Shown here: piece after piece, positions 1 through 9,219 of the stretch
Position numbering within the stretch: the first letter of the stretch is position 1
How the letters are laid out: each line of letters starts with the position of its first letter
NCBI RefSeq assembly: GCF_001194135.2
Contig: NC_068983.1
Span: 112,447,175-112,491,792 of the forward strand
From: Octopus bimaculoides
Taxonomy: Eukaryota
Direction of reading: 5' to 3'
DNA: 44,618 nt
The notes under the pieces: model-generated
What the model was told of the DNA's origin: nothing
The model's database searches: none
The model's input: the letters and a program-made list of their open reading frames with translations, nothing else
Position numbers and translations under genes: made by a program

Positions 1-627
1 CCACTAATATAACTTGGAACATGATAAATAACTCCTATTTTTGCTGAATAAAGTGAAAGCAGTAAATGAATGATATGGATGTACGGAAGAAGTATGAAAT
101 CAAGTGAATAAGGTTAATTGAGCACAACATATTGAACATCGTAGGAAGTAATGTTTATGTTAAGTTGAACTGAAAGTAATGTTTGAGTATATGTTTATAG
201 ATGTTATTGGTGTTCTAATTTGGGTTCAAAAATTAAGAGTGTTTAGATAACATATATCAAGCGAGATAAGTCTACTATATCTTTTTACATATAAAGGTAT
301 AATTAACATGTGTCTCTTGAATTATTTGAGGAACTAATAAGTTACAAGTTGAGTTGTCAGCATTATATAAATAAGTATTTTTTTACCTAAAGGAAAGAAA
401 TACGTGTTGCTGCGAGTGTTTACATCTGTATGAGTTTTCAATGAACGTGTTCACCAGTTTATTCTTCGAGAATCAAATGAATAACAGTTCCGTATTGCAT
501 AATGGGCAGAATTTTTTTACTTTTGTCATATGGTATAGATGTTGATAGAATTAGCCAGTCTAATTAAAATTTTATGTTGTTGTCTTTAAGTTCCCAAACT
601 AATTTGCCATATATATATATATATATA

Positions 628-1546
628 TTTAAAATACAGAGATGCCTATAATAGGACATCTAACCCGCTAGAAAGAGCAGCAAAAAACTCTATACTACAA
701 AATTAGGAATAATTTCGAAAGGGAATAAAAAATAAAAACATTTACCAATCTATTTTCCGTACCATGGTTTCAAGCTATTTTAGTAAAATAAAATATTTTG
801 TCAGGTAAGCTATCTTCAGCGGAATAACCTAGATATAACATATAAACACGAAGCATATCATAGAAAACATGACTTATGCTTAATTTTTCAAAATTTACCG
901 CGCATATGCCCTTTACCTTATCGGCAGCAAATACAAAAATGTCGATTTTCTTTCAGAAATTAACCAAAATATATTTTATCGTTATCAATAAATCATAGGG
1001 TAGCAAAAAGATTTTAGAAATTTTATTTACTACCAGTGGTCTAGCGAGAAGAAAAAAATAGCCAATAGACTATATATTCATATAAAATACAAAGATGGCT
1101 ATAATAGGACATCTAACCCGCTAGAAAGAGCAGCAAAAAACTCTATACCACAAAATTAGGGAGAATTTCGAAAGGGAATGAAAAATAAAAACATTTACCA
1201 ATCTATTTTCCGTACCATGGTTTCAAGCTATTTTAGCAAAATAAAATATTTTGCCAAAACATGGTACGGAAAATAGATTGGTAAATGTTTTTATTTTTCA
1301 TTCCCATTCGAAATTATCCCTAATTTTGTGGTATAGAGTTTTTTGCTGCTCTTTCTAGCGGGTTAGATGTCCTATTATAGGCATCTCTGTATTTTAAATG
1401 AATAATATATAGTCAATTGACTTATTTTTTCTTCTCGCAAGACCACTGGTAGTAAATAAAAATTTTTTGCTACCCTATGATTTATGAATAACGATAAAAT
1501 ATATTTTGGCTAATTTCTGAAACAAAATCGTCATTTTTTGTATTTG
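628..1546 (-). repeat. 453-bp-unit tandem repeat (1.4 units, 628-1253) plus inverted copy (1258-1546); hammerhead-bearing, non-coding
   Basis: 631-800 recurs at 1084-1253 (about 95% identical). 1258-1546 is the reverse complement of about 930-1218. The copies differ from one another at scattered sites. Confidence 0.9.
752..826 (-). ncRNA. Minimal type-I hammerhead ribozyme motif
   Basis: Minus strand reads UUCCG-CUGAAGA-UAGCU...AGCUU-GAAAC-CAUG-GUA/CGGAA. It has the full catalytic core, a 5-bp stem I and a palindromic stem III (ACCAUGGU), with predicted cleavage between 760 and 759. The stem II closing pair is a non-canonical U-U. Confidence 0.65.
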
Positions 1547-1859
1547 TTTCAAGGTAGGTGGTAAATAGTCCGACCCGTACGCAGCTCCGTCTCGTTCTGG
1601 TTCTATCCGCGTCGTCAAACTCCCGCTGTCTTCCCCACTCCCCCTTTTAACAGGAAATACGAGATTACCTACCTTGCTTGTTAACAGGAAGTGAACGAGT
1701 TTACCTGTCTCGTATTATGCTAACTTCCTGTATATATATTTGGTTATTCATACCAACGTTATTTCTGCCAAAACGGTCGTTGACAAATGTTTATCTCGCC
1801 ACCTTCGGAAAATATAGGGTAAATTCTCACCCTTCATTATCTTATAGGTATACATAACA
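1546..1859 (-). repeat. 3' LTR, truncated (about 115 bp of U5 end missing)
   Basis: Aligns to 4344-4648 at about 90% with a few indels. Starts TGTTATG on the minus strand directly after the PPT. Confidence 0.9.
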
Positions 1860-1872
1860 TTCCCCCCCCCCC
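1860..1872 (-). promoter_or_regulatory. Polypurine tract of the LTR element
   Basis: G-run plus AA on the minus strand immediately 5' of the TG of the 3' LTR. Confidence 0.85.
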
Positions 1873-1944
1873 AAAGAAATAAAGTNNNNNNNNNNAATAC
1901 ATGTAACATCCTGTCACAATCAGCGAACTCGAGATTGTCATTGC

Positions 1945-2335
1945 GGGTGCACTGACATTGTCTTTACCTCGAATATGTTGAATATGGAGATTAAATTCTT
2001 GCAAATATAAACTCCATCTCATTAATCTCGGATTTTTGTTCTTCGTCTTGTGCAGAAAGGTCAGCGGATTGTGGTCGGTGAACACTTCAATGGGATACTT
2101 GGTGGTTCCAAAATATATGTCAAAATGTCACAATGACAATAACAAGGCAAGGGTTTCTCTCTCAATTGTTGAATAATTTCGCTGGTGTTCGTCAAATTTT
2201 GTTGAGTAATAACCAACAAGATGATCAACACCCTTTGCATCTGATTGTAACAGAACACCATCGATAGAAAGCTTAAATGATTTCCCAAAATCTGGTGCTA
2301 TCAAAACTGGAGAACCCATGAGTATGGCTTTTAAG
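1945..2335 (-). pseudogene. RT-connection/RNase H of Pol, disrupted
   Basis: LKAILMGSPVLIAPDFGKSFKLSID..VLLQ..YYSTKFDEHQRNYSTIERETLALLLSL, then FTDHNPL..RLMRWSLYLQEFNLHIQHIRGKDNV. The DASxxGxGA motif is partly deleted. Confidence 0.9.
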
Positions 2336-2344
2336 GGTAGACTT

Positions 2345-2490
2345 CTAGACCTGTCACCACGACTGAAATTTCGGGCTTTACAGTTTTTCTTTTATAAATG
2401 GCTTTCGTTTTGTCCTGTGATTTCTTCAAATGTTCTGTGGGAACCTCAGTAGCTTTGGAAGGTCGGTTTCGAAAAGTAGACACATGGTCT
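2345..2490 (-). pseudogene. Integrase C-terminal remnant lying between protease and RNase H
   Basis: HVSTFRNRPSKATEVPTEHLKKSQDKTKAIYKRKTVK plus frameshifted RNFSRGDR. This resembles the post-core integrase segment ending ..SQxKMKxxYD....RxFxxGDxV (recalled consensus). Confidence 0.65.
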
Positions 2491-2924
2491 ACCGAGTTCA
2501 AGTGGGATTCAGGGCTCTCAGAAGGGCTTGGCTTAATGCTATCATGTGGATCAGATAAAACCTTGGACCCTGCTAAATCATTTCCAATAATCAAGTCTAC
2601 ACCTGAAACTGGAAAAGTTTTCTTAACACCAACTTTCACCAAACCAGACACAAAATCTGACTGCAAATCAACCAAATGAAGAGGTGCACTTGAAATTCCA
2701 CTAATACCCTCTAATAAAACATCAGAGTTAGCAGACGACACGACCGAGAAAGGAAGAGTACCTTCCAACACTAGAGACTGGAGTGCGCCTGTGTCCCTAA
2801 AAATAGTGATGGGTCGTAATGTGGACTTATCACCCTTAAGTGAGATAAACCCTTTTGAAATAAAAGGCAAGTACCCCTCCTCATTGTTAATAATATCGGA
2901 AATAGGCTGAGACTTGATATTCAC
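2490..2924 (-). pseudogene. Retroviral-type aspartic protease
   Basis: IFRDTGALQSLV active site (DTG near 2795) and downstream GVDLIIGNDL motif. Confidence 0.9.
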
Positions 2925-4054
2925 AAAAGCGCGTGGAAAATGTTGTGACTGATTTTTTTAACTTGAGCTTTCTACACTCAGAAATCAAATGGCCTGACTT
3001 TCTACAATATCTACAAATAATTGCTGAATGAAAATTTGGATCAGATTTAGAAACAAAAGGACTGGTTGACTTTCTTAACTCTGAACCACTGGACTTGTTA
3101 GGATTCGAACCTGACTGAGTTGAATGAATTATTTTACTTGTCCGACCTACGTCGAAATTATCCGGATGACAATAACCATACAGCTTGAACTCATGCTTAT
3201 GAGTAATAGAGTAATCCTTTGCTAAACTAGCTGCTTCTTGTAACTGTTCTACTGTATGCTCTTCCAAATAAGTCCTAATATCAATATGAACGCACTGCTT
3301 GAACTCTTCTAATAATAGAAGCTGCCTTAATTTGTGAAAATCTTCTCCAACTTCTTTTGACACACACCACCGATCAAACAAATTTCCCTTCTCTCTAGCA
3401 AATTCTACATAGGTATACTCACTTCTTTTCTTGGACTGCCTGAATGTTTGTCTATATGCCTCAGGGACCAGTTCATACGCTTTTAGAATAGCCTGTTTGA
3501 CCACCTCGTAACTCAAACTTGCTTCGTTCGATAAAGCTGAATAGACTTCCTGAGCCCTGCCTTTTAAAACACTTTGTATTAACATTGTCCAATGCTCTAC
3601 AGGCATTGAATTTATTGCCACCTTTTCAAAATGAAGCAAAAATTTATCAATATCGTCTTCACTAAATGGAGGCACAAGTCTAATATTTTTCGTTACATCG
3701 AAATCTGTCTGACCACGAGTAGTGTCCAACTTTCTACTCTGTAACTCCATTTCTTTCAATATTAATTCTTTTTGAATTTCCATTTCCCTTATTGCCTTTT
3801 GAAATTCTAATTCTAATTTCCTCAACTCAAACGCATCTGTTTTCTCTGGTTTCAACAATGACAAAGCCGAATCTTCGAAAATTTCTTCAACTAAATGTTC
3901 CAAAACCATTTTGAAAAGCTCTTTCTTTTTCATGGTAGACTTAGCCTCCTCCAGATCGTAATGCTTGGCCAATAACAACAATTCTGATTTTTTTTTAAAT
4001 CCTCAATTGCTCCACACTGAGAAATTCAATAAATTCTTCAACCTTAAATTCCAT
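2887..4054 (-). CDS. Gag (capsid with SCAN-like region plus CCHC knuckle); frameshift in A-run near 3990
   Basis: 364-aa ORF with AYELVPEAYRQTFR and CRYCRKSGHLISEC. An upstream ATG at 4054 (MEFKVEEFI..) lies in a different frame across a 9-A run. Confidence 0.88.
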
Positions 4055-4194
4055 GATTAAATACTGGTTTCACTAGAAGAATTTCGAATGTTGATACAAA
4101 ATTATGCAGGTAATATGTGTATTTTAGCAGTGGAAATTCTTGTATATAGCCTTTAAAAAAAAAAAAAAAAAANNNNNNNNNNTATAATGTATTT

Positions 4195-4224
4195 GCGAGA
4201 GTTCAACTCCCGGACGAGCCGCCA
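4195..4224 (-). promoter_or_regulatory. Primer-binding site complementary to tRNA-Pro 3' end
   Basis: Plus strand GTTCAACTCCCGGACGAGCCGCCA matches the eukaryotic tRNA-Pro 3' end GTTCAAATCCCGGACGAGCCCCCA. It lies 3 nt from the LTR end. Confidence 0.88.
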
Positions 4225-4227
4225 ATT

Positions 4228-4648
4228 TGTTACGATCAGACAAATTTATAATGTAAGAAAAGGGGTAAACTTCTGATCGTAACAACAAAGTGTTCAAACA
4301 GGGAAGTAAATGTTCATTTATGGAGATTATGTCCAGTCTCAATGGTTTCAAGTTAGGTGGTGAACGGTCCGACCCGTATGCAGTTCCATCTTGTTCTGGT
4401 TCTATCTACGCCAAGCTCCAGCTATCTTCCCTGCTCCCCTTTTTAACAGGAAGTACGAGATTACCTGCCTTGCTCGTGAACGAGGTTACCTGTCTCGTAC
4501 TATGCTAACTTCCTGTATATATCTTTGGTTATTCATACCCACGTTATTTCCCTTCTGCCACACGGTCGTTGACAAATGTTTATCTCATCACCTTCGGAAA
4601 ATATAGGGCAAGTTCTCACCCTTCATTATCTTATAGGTATACATAACA
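4228..4648 (-). repeat. 5' LTR (421 bp, TGTTA...TAACA)
   Basis: TG..CA termini with a short terminal inverted repeat, adjacent PBS, and homology to 1546-1859. Confidence 0.92.
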
Positions 4649-4701
<53 letters not shown>

Positions 4702-4706
<5 letters not shown>

Positions 4707-5019
4707 TTAAGAATTTAAGGATTGGAGAAAACGCATGTTATAATTGCATACTTTATTCCTACATATGTTTCAAAGGATTACAACCTGTGTGATCCATAGG
4801 GATCTTTGATATTAAAATTGTAACCTTCTCATCAGGGAAAGCATAGGAATCATCTTAAACGTAAGACATTATGACCGATTATGAAATGATGAGAAGGTTA
4901 CAATTTTAATATCAAAGATCCTTATGGATCACACAGGTTGTAATCCTTTGAAACATATGTAGGAATAAAGTATGCAATTATAACATGCGTTTTCTCCAAT
5001 CCTTAAATTCTTAAATATA
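4702..5019. repeat. Near-perfect inverted repeat, 133-bp arms, 52-bp spacer
   Basis: 4702-4834 is the reverse complement of 4887-5019 with one mismatch (4799/4922). Confidence 0.97.
4748..4844 (-). ncRNA. Minimal type-I hammerhead ribozyme motif
   Basis: UUCC-CUGAUGA-GAAGGUUACAA..UUGUAAUCCUUU-GAAAC-AUAU-GUA/GGAA. Stem II is about 11 bp with a G-U closing pair and stem III is palindromic (ACAUAUGU). Predicted cleavage is between 4760 and 4759. Confidence 0.75.
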
Positions 5020-5164
5020 CTCAAATACCCAAAATTTCAAGGAGTTCCTGCCTTAAAAACAGGAGCTAACCACAGTTAGTTTGTGTTCTTTGCTACATTG
5101 GTTTCTATTAACCCATTTATTCTATCAGAAGAATTTTTATTCATTAAGATAGAAGAAATACACA

Positions 5165-5205
<41 letters not shown>

Positions 5206-5554
5206 CCATGTAAGCGAAAATAACAAAATGTGTGAAATAAATCGATAAATTCCCTTCAACTAAATGTGAAATTATATTGAACAAAGCACATTTAGTAAAA
5301 TTAAGATTGAAAGCATTGGAATTTGGTTCTTGTGAATATTACTCTCTCGTTTATTATATCAGTTGTATACCAGTCTTTTGGAAGTAAGTTGAGCAGAAAA
5401 TGATAATAGATTAATCTAAGCTTTCATTTTATAACAATAATAGTACAATAGCTTTTATCTTATAGTTTTTATTTGCTACAATCATTCTGGGGCACTGCTT
5501 TGAAGGGATTAATTGAACATAAAAATAAAAAGACCCCACTTCGGTGTCATGAAA

Positions 5555-5790
5555 ACCATGGGATTGCACCTAGATAATTAACCCACTGAGGCATAAGTGC
5601 AGGCAACATTGTTTATGGAAGACCAGTAGTTGCCCATGCATACCAGCCTCTCCTCACCCTGCCACTCTACAGCTGAGTGAACGAGAGTAACGGGAAATGA
5701 AGCATCTTGCTCAAGAACACATTCCAGTCCAGGAATCAAACTCACTACCTCATGTGTGGGAGCCCAACACTTCAACTACTGAGCCATGCT
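5555..5790 (-). mobile_element. Degenerate tRNA-derived SINE (family B)
   Basis: tRNA-like head (..GTTTGATTCCTGGACTGG) followed by GTGTTCTTGAGCAAGATGCTTCATTTC..CACTCAGCTG. Related to 27495-27730 and 34855-35040. Confidence 0.7.
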
Positions 5791-5800
5791 ACAACACAAG

Positions 5801-5832
<32 letters not shown>

Positions 5833-5924
5833 CACAAACATATGTATGTATATAGGTAGGTAGGTAGGTAGATAGATAGATAGACAGACAGATAGATAGA
5901 TATGCACAAAAACATATAGGATGG

Positions 5925-6400
5925 ACTTCTCCCAGTTTCCATCTACCATTTCCACTAAAAAGATTTTGCTTGGCCCACAACTATTGTACAAAACACTTGC
6001 TTAATATGCCATACACTGGGATTGAATCCAAATCAACATAGTTGGGAGCAAGCTTCTTACCCATACAGCCATACCTACACCTATTTATTATATCTAGAAA
6101 TATTGCAAAACATAGAAAAATTATAGAAAAAATGCTTAGCTCTTATTTCTTTCAGTCATAAGATAATGGCCATGTTGGGACATCAACTTGAAGAATCTTA
6201 GTTGAATGACTCAATAAGAAGTACTTTTTTTTTCTTCAAGCATTGGTACTTATTCTATCACTCACTTTTGCCGAACTGCTAAGTTACAGGGACATAAACA
6301 TACCACCATTGGTTGTCAAGTAATGGTGGGGGACAAACACAAGTACACACACACACATACATGCACACACAAACTCTCTCACACACACACACACACATAC
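5925..6400 (-). mobile_element. Two degenerate SINE family A fragments (5' half 5925-6085; 3' half 6140-6400)
   Basis: Homology by eye to the reverse complement of 6512-6910. Confidence 0.7.
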
Positions 6401-6511
6401 ATAAATGTAAGAACATACTGTGGACAAGGCTGCATGGTGTGCAATTATAAATAAATAAAAAAAAATACACATTAAGTGCAGGAAATCACCAACGAGTGAA
6501 AAATACATAAA

Positions 6512-6910
6512 CAGGAGTGGCTGTGTGGTAAGTAGCTTGCTTACCAACCACATGGTTCCGGGTTCAGTCCCACTGCGTGGCACCTTGGGCAAGTGTCTTC
6601 TACTATAGCCTCAGGCCGACCAAAGCCTTGTGAGTGGATTTGGTAGACGGAAATTGAAAGAAGTCTGTCGTATATATGTATGTGTGTGTGTATATGTTTG
6701 TGTATCTCTGTTTGTCCCCCCCCCCCAACATCACTTGACAACCGATGCCGGTGTGTTTACGTCCCCATAACTTAGTGGTTCGGCTAAAGAGACCGATAGT
6801 ATAAGTACTAGGCTTCCAAAGAATAAGTCCTGGGGTCGATTAGCTCGAATAAAAGGCGGTGCTCCAGCATGGCCACAGTCACATGACTGAAACAAGTAAA
6901 AGAGTAAAAA
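6512..6910 (+). mobile_element. Full-length tRNA-derived SINE (family A) with internal microsatellite
   Basis: A-box/B-box-like head (TGGCTGTGTGGTAAG..GGTTCAGTCCC), ACCTTGGGCAAG core, (TG)n middle, and a tail ending CAGTCACATGACTGAAACAAGTAAAAGAG. Multiple copies occur in the window. Confidence 0.9.
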
Positions 6911-7635
6911 GACATGAGAAAAGTACAGTACAAAATACCAAAACATACACAATAAGTACAGGACGTCACCAAGGAGTAAAAAATACGTAAAAACATGAGG
7001 GAGAAGTAAGGACAAAATACCAAAAGAAGATAACTCACTCATCAGCTGTCAGACTGTTTATTACTCCCTATTTCATGCTTTTAATGACAAGATAGGAAAA
7101 CTTCACAAGACAGCAGCATCCACAAATTTTTAAAATATAAAACTTGTGGAGAGTTAAGTCTTCAAATAAACGAACAATAACAGAGTGGACATACAGAGTA
7201 AACAATCAACAAAGACAAACATTAAGGGCTGTCAGGACATGATGAACTGTAATAGGTAACACCCAGAAGAAATCTTGAAAGGATTTAGAATAAACAGAAG
7301 AGAAGAAAACAGTAAATAAGAAATAAATGTCGAGAGGCAAGAGAAGAGGGAAATGATGTCCAGCTAGTCGGACACCGCATCCAGAAAAGACAGACAAGAA
7401 AAAAGGGCTATAGTCACATGTTATCAACAGGCAGAGTGGAAGGGGGACAAGAGAGAGGATGCATGAAAGAAACAAAGAGAGTGAGGAGGAGTGGGAATGA
7501 GCGAAAAATAGCAGTGAGTGAAAGGAGGAGAAAGGGAAAAACAGAGGATCATAGAGGGTGGTATTTTGTCCTGTACTTTTCTTGTGCGTTTACATATTTT
7601 TGCCTCATTGGTGATGTCCTGAACTTAGCCTCTCT

Positions 7636-7975
7636 AACACCATCCTCCTCACCAGCACCCATCATCAACTCTATCACATCACCAACTCCTTCACTTACAC
7701 TTCTACCAATATCATCTATTGCATCTCCTGCTCTCTGTACATTAGACAAACAGGACGCCGCTTGGCTGACCGGTTCACGGAACACTTCTGAGACATCCGC
7801 CTCTGCAATGACACCCTGGTCTCACACCATTTCCGCTCTACCGGTCACTTTTTGCAACACCTGTTCGTGTTCAGATTGTCCTTGCACAGAGGCCATCCGG
7901 ACTCCCGTTTGTGCTGTGAACAGGGATTAATCTTCTCTCTTCACTCTTTTGCACCACTTGGGCTCAACTTTCCTC
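7636..7975 (+). mobile_element. Penelope-like element GIY-YIG endonuclease fragment
   Basis: The frame from 7636 reads FTYTSTNIIYCISCSLYIRQTGRRLADRFTEHF*DIR..VSHHFRSTGH..EQGLIFSLHSFAPLGLN and has one stop. It is not in the supplied ORF track. Confidence 0.8.
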
Positions 7976-8831
7976 TCCTCTTCATCTAACCTCCTCTCTT
8001 TGCCTCTCTCCCCATCCCTCCTACTTCCTCCCACCCACCTCTCCTCTCTTGCTCCGACTCCTACTTNNNNNNNNNNNNNNNNNNNNNNNNNNNNNNNNNN
8101 NNNNNNNNNNNNNNNNNNNNNNNNNNNNNNNNNNNNNNNNNNNNNNNNNNNNNNNNNNNNNNNNNNNNNNNNNNNNNNNNNNNNNNNNNNNNNNNNNNNN
8201 NNNNNNNNNNNNNNNNNNNNNNNNNNNNNNNNNNNNNNNNNNNNNNNNNNNNNNNNNNNNNNNNNNNNNNNNNNNNNNNNNNNNNNNNNNNNNNNNNNNN
8301 NNNNNNNNNNNNNNNNNNNNNNNNNNNNNNNNNNNNNNNNNNNNNNNNNNNNNNNNNNNNNNNNNNNNNNNNNNNCCCAACTCCACCTCTACCCCCATCC
8401 TGTGCTTACCCACACACCCCACCTCTACCCCCACCCTCAGCATAACCCACATGGCTGCATGCTTACCATGATTATTATGGTTCTTTGTAATGGAGTAATG
8501 TTCTCATTCTTCTATTAAATAGATGTATAAGAAACAGCTGCAATGAGCAGACAATTATCCATTGTATGTTATTATTCATTTGATTATAATACACCAAGGG
8601 GATTTACGACTTATCAGACACCCTAGAGTATATCAACTACATACAATTCGATGTAACACGAGCTTTGAACCAGCCCCTAGGTCCTAAATACTCATAGGGT
8701 TGGTTTTCTCTGAGTGCACAACCGGAATATCGTATTTGATACTTACCAGCCATAGGCTGGAACCACAGGTTTATTGAACCCTACCTGGTAAATATCTTTT
8801 CAAGTACCTGATTCTATAGGAATCTTTATTT

Positions 8832-8861
<30 letters not shown>

Positions 8862-8867
<6 letters not shown>

Positions 8868-9022
8868 TGGGCTTCTTTCACTTTCTGTTTATCAAATCCT
8901 CTCACAAGACTTTGGTCAGCCCAAGGCTATAGTAGAAGACATTTGCCTATTATGCCATGCAGTGGGACTAAACCTGTTACCATGTGGTTAGGGAGCAGGC
9001 TTCTTACCACACAGCCATGCCA
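8862..9022 (-). mobile_element. SINE family A 5' half
   Basis: Reverse complement of the head/core of 6512-6670. Confidence 0.8.
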
Positions 9023-9102
9023 TTTATTCTGAATATAAAAACATAAAGCAATCTAAGATCAATTTGGTAAGTATAAGAAAACAGAATAATTGGAATACTC
9101 AC

Positions 9103-9219
9103 GTTGTATCTGGCTGTCTCAGAAAACTCGGAAATCTCATTTAAGGTTGACATTGAATTAGAAGGCTCTGAACCACGTAGAAGATCTGGTTTTCCAAATA
9201 ATGTTGTACTCTTTGGTAT
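9103..9219 (-). CDS. Candidate isolated host exon (117 nt, phase 0, IPKSTTLFGKPDLLRG..ETARYN), product unknown
   Basis: Acceptor cattacag with a branch-like ctctaat, donor AAC/gtgagt, one open frame, no recognisable repeat homology. Confidence 0.35.

Larger units (their letters stand above)
1546..4648 (-). mobile_element. Internally deleted Ty3/gypsy LTR retrotransposon, Gmr1-like
   Basis: Two LTRs, PBS, PPT, Gag with CCHC knuckle, aspartic protease, integrase remnant and RNase H. RT and the integrase core are missing. Confidence 0.92.

Noticed and set aside
930-1546. Possibility that the first foldback is an assembly artefact
   Set aside because: The three copies differ from each other at independent positions, unlike a mis-assembled duplicate. 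Long-read confirmation is still desirable.
6512-6590. tRNA-like sequences at SINE heads (also near 35600-35680 and 41630-41705)
   Set aside because: No acceptor stem or full cloverleaf; each continues into a SINE body, so they were not called as tRNA genes.
7949-8518. Long ORFs in the track across 8067-8375 and 30235-30910
   Set aside because: They are open only because of N runs.
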